Shown: in pieces, positions 20,679 to 30,816 of the stretch
How positions within the stretch are numbered: position 1 is the stretch's first letter
Layout of the letters: each line of letters opens with the position of its first letter
Assembly: GCA_023512255.1 (NCBI GenBank)
Contig: JAILZY010000010.1
Coordinates: 2,246-66,245, forward strand
Source: a bacterium
Lineage (GTDB): Bacteria; SZUA-182; DTGQ01
Length of the DNA stretch: 64,000 bases
Reading direction: 5' to 3'
Notes under the pieces: model-generated
Database searches by the model: none
The model's input: only the letters and a program-made list of their open reading frames with translations
Told to the model about the DNA's origin: nothing
Program-made: the position numbers and the translations under genes

Positions 20679-20800
20679 AGCTTATCTGCCCCTACAATTT
20701 AACGTAATTGATATCCTGATAGCGTAATTTATTCGCTGCGCAACTTGTGTTAAGTACTTAGCAAAAGAACCTCTAAAACACCCTGCTGGTTAGGGGAGGT

Positions 20801-20884
20801 GTCCACTGCCGCCTGTCCACTGCCACCTGCCACTCCTGCCCACTGCCGCCTGCCACTCCTGCTCACTGCCGCCTGCTCACTGCC
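20801..20884. repeat. Short tandem repeat tract of (cactgccgcctg)/(ccactcctg) units
   Basis: Reads gtccactgccgcct gtccactgccacct gccactcct gcccactgccgcct gccactcct gctcactgccgcct gctcactgcc. Confidence 0.75.
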
Positions 20885-21021
20885 GATAAAACAGCCTGCT
20901 TGGTGAGGGAAGGTGGGAGATTTTTGAATCTCCCACCTCAAGTCTAAGAAATCGCATCTTAAATCGCACCTTCCTGCCGTGTGCTCTTTTTAGCACAATG
21001 ACAGGCAACTACTAGCTTGGC

Positions 21022-24000
21022 TCAATGACGATTTGAACTCAATGATGAATAAAGTGATTTATAGAGCCAGTTTGCCCAAAGGTCGTTTGGAGTCCCTGAT
21101 AATGAGAAATTTGAGAGCCCAGGATAAGAGTTTGACAAGTTGTACAGGCCGCTATTAGCGTCATATAACCAGTTGGATAGCCAGTTTGATAGGTTGCTGT
21201 AAGGAGATAGGGAGCTAGTTGATGACCACAAGAAGCTGTACGATGGCCACGAGCTTAAGCTATACGATGGCCACGAGCTTAAGCTGTACGATGGCCACGA
21301 GCTCAAATCATACGAAGCTGGCCACCAGCTTGAGCTATAGGCTGTTCGCCAGTCTGCATCATACAACGACCACCAGTTTGAGCTATACCAAGGCCAGCTC
21401 AAGGCGGGGTAAATCGGCTGAGTGGTAGGAGTAGTAGGGGTAGAAGGAGTAGACGGAGTGGAAGGAGTAGACGGAGGAGAAGAGGGGCCGGCAGGAGCGG
21501 CCTGAGTTTTGAAAGAGCTGGTTCTAGCCGCACTCAGCCGATTGCCGGAAATATCTGTCGCTCCCTCATCAATCTTGATCTGATAAGTAGTGTTTGGGGC
21601 TAGCTTTGACTTTGGGGCCACAAAGGTAATCGAGGTCAGGTCCGGCGATAGCTTGACTGTGAAGTTTGGATCATCCGGGCTGATGGTAACGTTAGCCAGC
21701 AAAGAGGCCCAATCCATCGGCTCACTGAAGGTAACAGTCAGCTCCTGTGATAAGCTGACCTCGGTGGCATTGGGATTGGGCGTAATATTGACCACGATCG
21801 GAGGCGTAATATCTAACCTGCTGACCCCGCTATCTGTGCCAAACCATAAGTTTCCATAGGCATCCTGCTGAATGCACCTTATCTGATCAGTCTGTGAAGA
21901 GGATGGAGTTGTAAGATTAGGAAAGCTTCTCCAGAAATTCCAATCAGTGGTAGCCAAGACCCCAGCATCAGTAGCAAACCAGTACCGCTCGCCCGGATAG
22001 TTTTGGCCAGCTAGGGAATAGATCTCATTGACCGCGCCGTCCAGCGGGGCAGCTATCTTCGACCATCGGCCATTTTGATATCGATACGCGCCTTCTCCGG
22101 TAGCTACCCAAAGGGTGTTTTCCACCGGGTCAAAGGTGAGCGAGTTAATGGTTAGCCCATAGGCGATAAAGGGGAAGAAAGATCTATCCTGGGTTGAGTT
22201 ATAAATCAGTTTACCGGCTGCATTAAATTTATAGATATCCCCCCAGATGGTAGCCAACCAGATATTGCCTTTATCGTCCGGGGCCGCGGCCTTAACCCAA
22301 TTATCGCTTAGACCTGAATTGATGTCGAACACAACTTGCCACTGCTGATCGTACAGCTTGAGGAGGCCATGATTTTGGGTGGCTACCCACACGCCACCGT
22401 TAGGATCAATCGAAAGATCATGAATCGGATCATCAGGCAGCCCGTTTTCTCCCCTGGGGAAGAACTTGACCACTGCCCCCTTGGCTGGATCAAACTTGAC
22501 CACCCCGCTTCCGCCGCTACTGCTGCCGTCTTGTGGCTGAGTGCAGAGCCACAGATACCCTTGCCGATCCACAGCCAGGCGGGTAATGAAATTACTGGGC
22601 AGGCCGTGTTGTACGGTATATGGGTGGCTCATCCAGTCGGTCCAAAAATCAGGCTCTTGTGAATTACCTTGAGTCTTGGGAGCATAGGTGAATAACCCAG
22701 CTCCCAGGGTGGCTATCCAGAGTCTGCCGCTATTGTCCAAGGCAAGATCAGATACTGGCTTATTGATCTGAAAATGGGTCCAGCCCTGATTACATATCAT
22801 GTAGCCGAAATTAGCCTCCAGGCTGTTTGGGGATGCTGCTTGGTCTTTAGCAGTTATTTTAACGAAAATCCACTGATTGTTTTTAAAGGGAATAGCTGGA
22901 GTGTAGGAGATAGTGTATCCCTGCGCATCGGCAGCAGTAATGATTGCTTTGGCGGTTACATCAACTCCATTCACTATAAGTCGCAAGGAGCTTGGATCTA
23001 CTCCTGTTTCAAAATCGCTGACCGTATAGGTAAAGGTAGCCTTGGCCGGGATACAGGATTGGTTAGGAGGGGTAGAGCTGGCTATGAATGGCTTGCAGGA
23101 GTCCTCAGTATAGAGGAAATAGCTGCGTTCTGTCCTATGGCCAGCCTGATCGCTGACCTCAATCCTGATCGGGATAATGGTCGAGCACTCAAAAGGCGTC
23201 TTAGGTTGGTAGCTTAGGGTAAGCCCCTGGGGAGTGTCAGAAATGGTAGCTGCCTCGGTAACGTTTTGCCCATCGACGAAAAACTGGATAGAGGACCTGT
23301 CAAGTTCAGCGAAAAGAGCCTTGATATTCAAAGTAATTTTTGGGCTAGTCGGCACATTCACAGAATTAGGTGCTGGATTTATGGCCTCGATGATAATGGG
23401 CTTGAGAGCCTGGCTGTCTCCTCCAGCAGGTAAGGCTTCACCATTGGCCGCACTACTGCCACCACCAGGGGGGGGGAGGACATTGCTGCCGCCGCTAGCC
23501 GAGCTATCGGATGAGGCGGGAGCACCACCACTAGCGCCACTTCCGCCAGCCGGAAGATCACCGGCTGGTGCGCCGCCGCCAGATCCTGGGCTGCCGCTAT
23601 CAGAGCCTGTTATATTCATCTGGTAGACCTTGGGGATAAATTGGGCAGCCTGATTAAAAGAGATAGCCATTCCATTGCTCAGGGCATCTTTAGTATTATA
23701 GGAATACTGTCTGGCTATCTGATCGTGATACTTTAGGCCGACTGTGGCCCAAGCCCCACGGCTTGAGCGCGTGCTCCCCGTATCCACATCTTTATACTGG
23801 AAGACAATCTCGCCGCTTTCCTCATACAGGATGGCCTCGAAGGTAACGGTATCTGAGCTAATTTCGCCGCTGTAGTGGCGCATGGGAATCTCACGCCACT
23901 CGACAATCAGCCGGGCTGGTTTATTGGCCCTATCGACGAGGTAGCAGATGGTACCTGCGGCCGAGGGGTCAAGATCGGTCCACAGGGGAGCAATAATATC

Positions 24001-24381
24001 ACTGGGATTTCCGGCACGGGCCTTGTTAGGATCGAGCAAATCAGCCAGCGGTTCATTTCCCCACTTGGTAGCATCGTTATTGCCGAAGGTGATATAACCG
24101 TTCGAGGAGATGGTAATTCGAGTCAGCGGCTCCCCGAAGAAATAAAATCGAAATCCAAGGTTTTCAAGATCAATTGATTGACAATCATCATCTCCTAAGG
24201 GCAGAATAACTTTTGCTGGCTGTGACCATACCTCTATCCATTCATATGGATATGGGTTGCTGCCTGCCACTGCTGCCGCCGCAGACTGCACTCCGATTGA
24301 GGAACATCCTAGGGGCAAGCTCCAAAAGAATAGAGTTAAGAGTATGAAACAACAGATATTTTTTAATAATCTAACCTTCAT
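21022..24381 (-). CDS. Large secreted/surface protein: NIDO-like domain, Gly/Ser linker, Ig-like domains, two-component-type beta-propeller, Big_5 domain, PST linker, W/Y/S-rich tail
   Basis: Signal peptide; FYFFG...ISSNGYITFG and IAPLWTDLDP (NIDO-like); repeated DxxGxLWxAT/GL blades; DITPP...P..NATEV...TFSEPMD (Big_5). Confidence 0.8.
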   Translation of the reverse strand: MKVRLLKNICCFILLTLFFWSLPLGCSSIGVQSAAAAVAGSNPYPYEWIEVWSQPAKVILPLGDDDCQSIDLENLGFRFYFFGEPLTRITISSNGYITFGNNDATKWGNEPLADLLDPNKARAGNPSDIIAPLWTDLDPSAAGTICYLVDRANKPARLIVEWREIPMRHYSGEISSDTVTFEAILYEESGEIVFQYKDVDTGSTRSSRGAWATVGLKYHDQIARQYSYNTKDALSNGMAISFNQAAQFIPKVYQMNITGSDSGSPGSGGGAPAGDLPAGGSGASGGAPASSDSSASGGSNVLPPPGGGSSAANGEALPAGGDSQALKPIIIEAINPAPNSVNVPTSPKITLNIKALFAELDRSSIQFFVDGQNVTEAATISDTPQGLTLSYQPKTPFECSTIIPIRIEVSDQAGHRTERSYFLYTEDSCKPFIASSTPPNQSCIPAKATFTYTVSDFETGVDPSSLRLIVNGVDVTAKAIITAADAQGYTISYTPAIPFKNNQWIFVKITAKDQAASPNSLEANFGYMICNQGWTHFQINKPVSDLALDNSGRLWIATLGAGLFTYAPKTQGNSQEPDFWTDWMSHPYTVQHGLPSNFITRLAVDRQGYLWLCTQPQDGSSSGGSGVVKFDPAKGAVVKFFPRGENGLPDDPIHDLSIDPNGGVWVATQNHGLLKLYDQQWQVVFDINSGLSDNWVKAAAPDDKGNIWLATIWGDIYKFNAAGKLIYNSTQDRSFFPFIAYGLTINSLTFDPVENTLWVATGEGAYRYQNGRWSKIAAPLDGAVNEIYSLAGQNYPGERYWFATDAGVLATTDWNFWRSFPNLTTPSSSQTDQIRCIQQDAYGNLWFGTDSGVSRLDITPPIVVNITPNPNATEVSLSQELTVTFSEPMDWASLLANVTISPDDPNFTVKLSPDLTSITFVAPKSKLAPNTTYQIKIDEGATDISGNRLSAARTSSFKTQAAPAGPSSPPSTPSTPSTPSTPTTPTTQPIYPALSWPWYSSNWWSLYDADWRTAYSSSWWPASYDLSSWPSYSLSSWPSYSLSSWPSYSFLWSSTSSLSPYSNLSNWLSNWLYDANSGLYNLSNSYPGLSNFSLSGTPNDLWANWLYKSLYSSLSSNRH

Positions 24382-24570
24382 AGCGCTTCCTCCCGTTTAC
24401 CTTTGTTTTATTAACTGTTCATTATTTTATTCTTTGTCTATCTAAATTTTTTCTAATATAAATTTTAATCATATTTTTGAGTTTAATCGTATTCAAGTTA
24501 TTTGTACTGAGAGAAATTTCTATCTGGAGTGTTACCAAGGTCTGCGTTAGTGCAAGAGAGGAGTGGTCGG

Positions 24571-24610
24571 AAAACACCCTGGGGCTTCTGTCCGTCAGAA
24601 ACCCCAGGGT
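24571..24610 (-). terminator. Intrinsic terminator after the cytochrome gene
   Basis: Minus strand accctggggtttctgacggacagaagccccagggt followed by gtttt. Confidence 0.7.
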
Positions 24611-24694
24611 ATGCTTGGCAGAATCAGGCCCTTTTAGAGAATGGGTGCCCGCAACTACGACTCAAAAATCGAAAATCAACATCAAGCTCAGTCA

Positions 24695-26965
24695 TTAGAA
24701 TTGATCATGACAAGCCCGGCACATGTTACTGCCCGGTGCTTCCGAATAATTATCCTGAACGAGCAATTGGCCATGTTTGCCTTTCTGTCCTGGAGCGGGA
24801 CGTGGCTCTCCGGTAATGGTTCCATCCCAGGCGGTTGCGGCTGCATGGACATTATGGCAGGTCAGACACAGCACACCATCTGTAGCTGTATTGTTTCCAG
24901 CAGTAATCCCCAGCGGGGAGCCGCTCTTTCCGCCATAAAATTGTTTTGGAAATGCCGTGCAGGTATTGCGTCCATTGGGAACCTTATCAGCTCCAACCGG
25001 ATGAGTCGTCCCCTGAGCCATTGGGTCAGGATTAGTTGCCGTGCAGTGGCATTGCTCGCAGTAGCCATTAGCCTCGTACGGGGAGGCCTTGTCATTTTCG
25101 CTCAACCGATACAAGTAAGGCGGTTTGGTATTGATATGGACATCATGGCAGGTGCCGCAGAAGATCTGTCCATCGACTGTGCCGTAATCATCCATGACTC
25201 CGCCTGCTGAACCAGGCTTGCCATCGGCTTTTAGGAATTTTGGAACACCAACACCTCCGGCGGAAATTATATTCTCGCGGGTATTGAAGCTGACCGGTTT
25301 GCAGGCAAAACGGTGACTTTGCCGACCGGTTGTATTCAGGAGAGAGCCGTTTTTCTCATAACTGCCGACAATATTAGAATTACCATGACAGCCGTAGCAC
25401 ATGGCTTCATAGCGGTCAAGAGGATCGGGTCTTAAGGCAATGTCTCCCTGGCTTCCCCAATTCAGTTCTTTGGCTGGAACCCTCATCAGGGCGTCAATAT
25501 CAGCGCGCAGAGGAGACACAACCTTCATGTCTCTTGGATCATCCTTGTCATTGGAATGGATAAAATGGCAGAACATACAGCCGCCGCATTTAACCACCTT
25601 TTCTCCTCTAGCAGATGTGGCCTTGAAGGTTCTGGTAACCCGGTTCTTCGGATCGGTTCTGGTTTTAAAATGCAGCCCGCCATTGGCTTCAAGCATTGCC
25701 CGGCTTTTCGGATGCTTAGGATCGTTATGGCAATATTCGCACAGGGCAGTATCATCATCTTTAAAAGATGCGTAACGCAGGAAGCTCGGATTGCCCTCTA
25801 TCTCAGAGGTATGGGCTCCGTGGCAAGAGGTGCAGCCGAAGATCTGCTGATCGAAAGAAGCAGAGGAACCATCTGCGTAGGAGCCGTCTAGTTTAAAAAT
25901 AAGACCATTCCCCGGTAGTTTTCCTTCATGGCATCCAGAGACTCCGCAGGAGGTCTTAGCCCACCGCTGGCCCAGTGGGTGGTGAGCACGGTTTGCTTGC
26001 AATTTTGGAGCATTTGGCCAAGTAGTAGTTGACAGGTGGCAGGAGGTACACTTTTGTGATTCATAGATCACACTTGAAGCCCCGGCATTCCTTAATACTG
26101 TCTTGAATCCTGGGTCGGCTGTTCCAAAGGTGAAGACTCCCAGCGGTTCCAGCCTATCGATGAATATCAAAGCATCATTTTCAGGATTTTGAGTATCATG
26201 ATATCCATCATGGGGACGGTGGCAGGCTTCACACTGAGGATCGGTCGCTTCACCAGAGTGGATATGGACGAGGGGCCTACCATTAATGTCTTTGGCCTTG
26301 CTAGCTTTTGGGTGGCATTGGCGGCAGAATTGCCTTCGGTCATGAGTTTCTCCCGCACTGGCAGTTGTTGAATTCAGCCGCAGATAATCACCATGCCCTG
26401 ATTCATCCTTGTTTGGCTGCTTGTGGGGATTGTGGCAGGAGCCGCAATAGAAACCCTCGGTTTTTGAGAAGGGAAAGCCGATAACCTCAGCCTCTCTGCT
26501 TCCATCTCCTTCGGTGGTGCTGATATAGCTGGTTCCTCCATCTGCATTGGGTTGAAATCTGGCCCCCATGACATGGTTGGCACTGCCTCCCAAGAAAACA
26601 TTACCATTGGCATTATTCAGATCACTGAATCTGCCTCCATATTGGCCGGTTCCCTTCATCCGCAACCCAGATTCAATCTGGGGAAAATCTTTATTACCCT
26701 GATAGTGGCAGCTGGCACACAGGTCTTTGACCGTTGTCTGCTTCCCCTGGACTTCTCCTCGTGCCCAGATTCTGGCCCCTTTTCCAGCGTGAGGGATGTG
26801 GCAGTTGGCGCAAACCTGCTTGGTTGATCCTGAGACCTCACACAGGTGCCCGTTGTAGGGTGTTTGCTTTGATCCATCGACTGCGTAAGCTGTGGGGGAA
26901 CAGCAGAACAAGATAAATAGACAAATTCCGAAAAAAGATAGTCTCGCTTTTAGTCTTTTATTCAT
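24695..26965 (-). CDS. Secreted multiheme cytochrome c (14 CxxCH + 1 CX4CH), paired-motif OmcE/OmcS-like
   Basis: Counted CANCH, CASCH, CGSCH, CRQCH, CEACH, CTSCH, CTSCH, CEYCH, CMFCH, CYGCH, CGTCH, CEQCH, CLTCH, CRACH plus CGVSGCH. Signal peptide from ATG 26965, with a GAGAGGGG RBS. Confidence 0.92.
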   Translation of the reverse strand: MNKRLKARLSFFGICLFILFCCSPTAYAVDGSKQTPYNGHLCEVSGSTKQVCANCHIPHAGKGARIWARGEVQGKQTTVKDLCASCHYQGNKDFPQIESGLRMKGTGQYGGRFSDLNNANGNVFLGGSANHVMGARFQPNADGGTSYISTTEGDGSREAEVIGFPFSKTEGFYCGSCHNPHKQPNKDESGHGDYLRLNSTTASAGETHDRRQFCRQCHPKASKAKDINGRPLVHIHSGEATDPQCEACHRPHDGYHDTQNPENDALIFIDRLEPLGVFTFGTADPGFKTVLRNAGASSVIYESQKCTSCHLSTTTWPNAPKLQANRAHHPLGQRWAKTSCGVSGCHEGKLPGNGLIFKLDGSYADGSSASFDQQIFGCTSCHGAHTSEIEGNPSFLRYASFKDDDTALCEYCHNDPKHPKSRAMLEANGGLHFKTRTDPKNRVTRTFKATSARGEKVVKCGGCMFCHFIHSNDKDDPRDMKVVSPLRADIDALMRVPAKELNWGSQGDIALRPDPLDRYEAMCYGCHGNSNIVGSYEKNGSLLNTTGRQSHRFACKPVSFNTRENIISAGGVGVPKFLKADGKPGSAGGVMDDYGTVDGQIFCGTCHDVHINTKPPYLYRLSENDKASPYEANGYCEQCHCTATNPDPMAQGTTHPVGADKVPNGRNTCTAFPKQFYGGKSGSPLGITAGNNTATDGVLCLTCHNVHAAATAWDGTITGEPRPAPGQKGKHGQLLVQDNYSEAPGSNMCRACHDQF

Positions 26966-27208
26966 CTTTCGATCCCCTCTCTTCCATAAGCACTCTCTCC
27001 CAACCAAGGTTAAATATTGTTTATCACTCGAACCTAACATTAACAAACCACTTTATCACTTTTAAAATCACTTTTAAAATTCTAAAAATTGATCGCTGGT
27101 TAAGTTATCATTATCCCACTCCTTCCCTTAATCCTTATAGAATTATATAGCCGTTTAATATAGCCGTTTATCAATCGCTACCTAAGCTAACGCTTATTTA
27201 AGGCTTAC

Positions 27209-28291
27209 TTATTTAAGATTTGTATCCTTAATGATATAAATCTGATTGACTTCCTGATCAGTCAGGTAAATGGTGTCATCACGGCCAATGAATATTCCAG
27301 TTGGCATCTTGAAATATATTTTGCCCTCTTTTCCATCCAGCCATTTGATTGCACCAATAAATTTTCCATCCGGCCCAAATACCTGGATACACTTCAGTAG
27401 AAGATCGGTTACATAAGCCCGGCCTCGACGGTCGACACCGACTCCTGTCAGCCGAGAGAACTGACCAGCTCTTTCCCCGCTTTCACCTCCAATCTGAAAA
27501 AGCTCAGCTCCATCCGGCTGAAAAACCCGAACCCGGGCGCACATACCTTCAGGAACGAAGATCCGATTCTGATCATCAAAACAGACTATCCCAGGCGTAC
27601 AAAACATACCCTGTTCCTTGCCTTTAAAATAGCGTAAAAATTTGCCATGCAAGTCATAAATCCAGATATGGCCGTTTGAGGCATCACTGACATAAAGCTG
27701 ATTACTCTTTTTATCAATGGCAATACAGCCGGGCGAGGCGTTTTGATATTTGTCATCTGGGGATAGAGCTGATTTAGAGGAAAATTCTTCTACAAACTCA
27801 CCTCGAGGGGTAAAAACCAGGATTTTTTCCCGCTTGACATCACAGATGTATACTTTGTCTTGGCTGTCTATGGCAATGCTGAACGGCTGGAGAAACTGCC
27901 CTGGCCCTTTTCCTTCCTTGCCGAATTTGGATAAGAATTTACCATCACGGCTATAAATCAATACCTCGGAGGGGATATTTTTTAGGACATAGAGATCTCC
28001 TTGGGAATTCTGGACCATATGAATTATAATGCCGCTGCTTTTGCCGCCCACCGCGGCAGATGGTCCGGAATCGCCCATGGTCCCGATCAGCTTAACCGTC
28101 CTGTTTTCAACCTCCTGCTCCACGGTCTGCTCATCGGTGCGGTCGCTTGCTTTTTGTTTAGTCGCTTGCTCGCCGGCTACAGCCTGCTCTTTGGCTTCAG
28201 CCTTGGCCAGCGTAGGCCGTGGAGCAAGCAAAAAGTGGAGCAGCAGACCACTCAGCAGGAAAATCCATAACATGGATGAAGATTTTTTCAT
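27209..28291 (-). CDS. Secreted NHL-repeat beta-propeller protein
   Basis: Signal peptide; repeated GxxGxxPGQFxxPxxIAIDxxxxVYxxD blades. Confidence 0.9.
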   Translation of the reverse strand: MKKSSSMLWIFLLSGLLLHFLLAPRPTLAKAEAKEQAVAGEQATKQKASDRTDEQTVEQEVENRTVKLIGTMGDSGPSAAVGGKSSGIIIHMVQNSQGDLYVLKNIPSEVLIYSRDGKFLSKFGKEGKGPGQFLQPFSIAIDSQDKVYICDVKREKILVFTPRGEFVEEFSSKSALSPDDKYQNASPGCIAIDKKSNQLYVSDASNGHIWIYDLHGKFLRYFKGKEQGMFCTPGIVCFDDQNRIFVPEGMCARVRVFQPDGAELFQIGGESGERAGQFSRLTGVGVDRRGRAYVTDLLLKCIQVFGPDGKFIGAIKWLDGKEGKIYFKMPTGIFIGRDDTIYLTDQEVNQIYIIKDTNLK

Positions 28292-28480
28292 AATTTTTAT
28301 CCCCCTCGAGGTTTTTCCTTTAATCGTAAATCATAAATCATAAATTTCCATTAATCGTAAAGATGGTTTAAGCCGATTTTTAGATTAGAAGCAGAGCGCC
28401 TTTTTGCCCTTGCTGTTTAACCATCACTATTTTTTTACACGTTTCTTTTTACACGAGCTTACACAGCATAACCTACAAAA

Positions 28481-28497
28481 ATGCAAAAGAAGTACCA
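28481..28497 (-). promoter_or_regulatory. Sigma-54 promoter
   Basis: Minus strand TGGTACTTCTTTTGCAT upstream of the NHL gene starting at 28291. Confidence 0.65.
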
Positions 28498-28755
28498 TCC
28501 ATATTTTTAAAGAAGTACCATACATCTTTTTATAGTGTTAAGGCAGATGTCATGTTAAGCCCTAGGAAGCCAATGATCATTTATTTACAAATGATATACT
28601 GTTACATTATAATACGAAAGAAAACCCAATATCAACATCCAGGTTGCGAGGTTGCCGACAAAAAGAAAAGAAAGGGGTTTGTGGCTATTAGACATATATC
28701 GGTCATTTCAACAATAGAATATTACCTGAAAATAGAAATTACCTGGCTGGGACTC

Positions 28756-30816
28756 CTAAAGCATCCCATAATGGCAATTAAAACATAATCCGCTGCCATG
28801 CTCATACACTTGGCCTTGAAAGCTTCCACCAATGGCATTATCAATAATTAAAAGTTTTCCGGCATTTAATCTTCCGCTTTGACTGATACCATCATGCCTA
28901 GTTACGGCTGAATGAACGCTGTGGCAGGACTGACAGGTGATATCTCCCTCCAGGGTATCATTTGATGTTTGCCCGCCAAACCCACCACTGAAGCCTGAGA
29001 TAACATAGCCTTGAAAATTATCGCCAAATTGAACCGATTTTTGCTTCAGAGGCCTGTTGACCGGATGGGAGGATTCGCACTCGGCAGATGCGGGTTTGCT
29101 GGTATGGCAGGCGATGCACAGGGCAGAGCCAGAATAGTCCCGGGTTGCGTTCGGCTCTCGAAGGTAAGCTGTGCGCCGATCAATAAATTTCTCGGAGGAG
29201 CGGATAGGGGGCGAGTCCTGCCGGTGGACATTGTGGCAGCTTCCGCACCAGATTCTCCCTTTCTCGACTCCGTAATCATTCTGACACTTTTTTTCCCAAC
29301 CATCGGAAACAACCTGTTTCCCATCCCCAAAAGGATTAATAATATTGATATTTTTGGAAGGCACTACATTAAACCGATGAGAGAAGTAATGGTCCTCTAC
29401 ATTATCGAGCAGCAGAGCATTTTTTTCATTGTCCGTATCTTTTGCTCCTACGATTTCGGCTCGTGAGTGGCAGCCGTAGCAGGCATCCTCGTAATCACGA
29501 CTATCCTGATCCTGCAATTTGTCAGCCCACTGAAGATTTACTGGTGCAATCCGCATGATCACATCCACCGAAGCAGAGGAATTTTCTTGGTTAGCTCGCT
29601 CATCATCTGTCTGATATAGAGCCGCAGGATCATTCGGTGATTTATGGATAGAGTGGCAGAATAGGCACTCATTTTCATTCTGGGGCGGCCCGATCGTGCG
29701 CCCGACCTGATAATGTCCGCGGCCTGGAGTGGATTCAAGATCACCGACCGCTTTATCAGAATGGCAGGCAGCACAAAAGGCCCCGGGATGAGCCGGATCG
29801 TAGTTGCTGATAATTTGCGGGTTGAGATACTTATCATTAGTGCCCTGATGAGGATCATGGCAGGATTTGCAATACAGCTCTCCCTGAGGGGAGAGTGGGC
29901 CAGATGCGGTCTTCTGATGTCCTTCGACTGTAGCCTCAGCTCCTTTCCCCATCGGGTGGTGCTCATACCGGACCAGGCAATCATCGCCATTCAGCGGAGC
30001 GTTTAGCGCCCCCTCACCCCCCCCTTGAGCTCGATGGCAGCCGTAGCAGCTAGCTGCATAAGAGTCAGCCACAGGATCGGAAAATTCGCTAACATTAGGG
30101 ACTGCTCTGAAGGGGATGCTGCTTTCAGTCTTAATGATCTTTTTCCCTCGATTGGGGGAATAATGCGGAGTATGACAGTCAAAGCAGCCATCTTTGGTTC
30201 CATGCCCCTTGGCCTTACCCTGAACCAGGGGAGCGTGGCATTGGATACAAAATTCATAATGCTTTTGTGAGGTAGTTTTGATTAAACCAGGCACTGACTC
30301 CCGCAGGTAATCGCCCCCCTCAAAGGGATCGGTATGAGGATTATGACAGCTTCCACAATAAAATCCATCTCCTCCCTCCTTAGGCCGCAGGGGAAAGGTT
30401 TCACCCCACTCTTTGCGGGTTACCGCCGGACCATTAATTAGAGCATTGGCTCCCATGGGATGATCATTACCTTCCTCAATGAATATATAATCCCTAGCTC
30501 CGAAAAGATGAGTACCATGACAGGTGCTGCACAGTCTTTTTGTTCCGGTAAACTCACCACTTGCCGCCCTAGCCCACAGAAGGTCATCAGCGGCATGGTG
30601 AGGCAGATGACAGGCTCCGCACGGATCTTCCGGTACACACCAGGCATGAGGCCCATTCAGCGCCCAGGCGAACTGAAAGCCGAAGACGACCAGCAGGAGG
30701 GAAATAATAAGGCCTATTATCCCTTTCGAAATACCTATACCGATTATCCACCGGAGAGCGATTCTCAGAAAACTACTTCGATACATCGAATACTGAAACA
30801 ACTTTTGTCTCCGCAT
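28756..30816 (-). CDS. Multiheme cytochrome c (14 CxxCH), paralog of 24695-26965
   Basis: Counted CGACH, CSTCH, CGSCH, CIQCH, CFDCH, CYGCH, CKSCH, CAACH, CLFCH, CYGCH, CGSCH, CIACH, CQSCH, CFNCH. N-terminal hydrophobic segment. Shares GFYCGSCHNPH, GDYLR, YE..CYGCH and SHRF with the paralog. Confidence 0.92.
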   Translation of the reverse strand: MRRQKLFQYSMYRSSFLRIALRWIIGIGISKGIIGLIISLLLVVFGFQFAWALNGPHAWCVPEDPCGACHLPHHAADDLLWARAASGEFTGTKRLCSTCHGTHLFGARDYIFIEEGNDHPMGANALINGPAVTRKEWGETFPLRPKEGGDGFYCGSCHNPHTDPFEGGDYLRESVPGLIKTTSQKHYEFCIQCHAPLVQGKAKGHGTKDGCFDCHTPHYSPNRGKKIIKTESSIPFRAVPNVSEFSDPVADSYAASCYGCHRAQGGGEGALNAPLNGDDCLVRYEHHPMGKGAEATVEGHQKTASGPLSPQGELYCKSCHDPHQGTNDKYLNPQIISNYDPAHPGAFCAACHSDKAVGDLESTPGRGHYQVGRTIGPPQNENECLFCHSIHKSPNDPAALYQTDDERANQENSSASVDVIMRIAPVNLQWADKLQDQDSRDYEDACYGCHSRAEIVGAKDTDNEKNALLLDNVEDHYFSHRFNVVPSKNINIINPFGDGKQVVSDGWEKKCQNDYGVEKGRIWCGSCHNVHRQDSPPIRSSEKFIDRRTAYLREPNATRDYSGSALCIACHTSKPASAECESSHPVNRPLKQKSVQFGDNFQGYVISGFSGGFGGQTSNDTLEGDITCQSCHSVHSAVTRHDGISQSGRLNAGKLLIIDNAIGGSFQGQVYEHGSGLCFNCHYGML

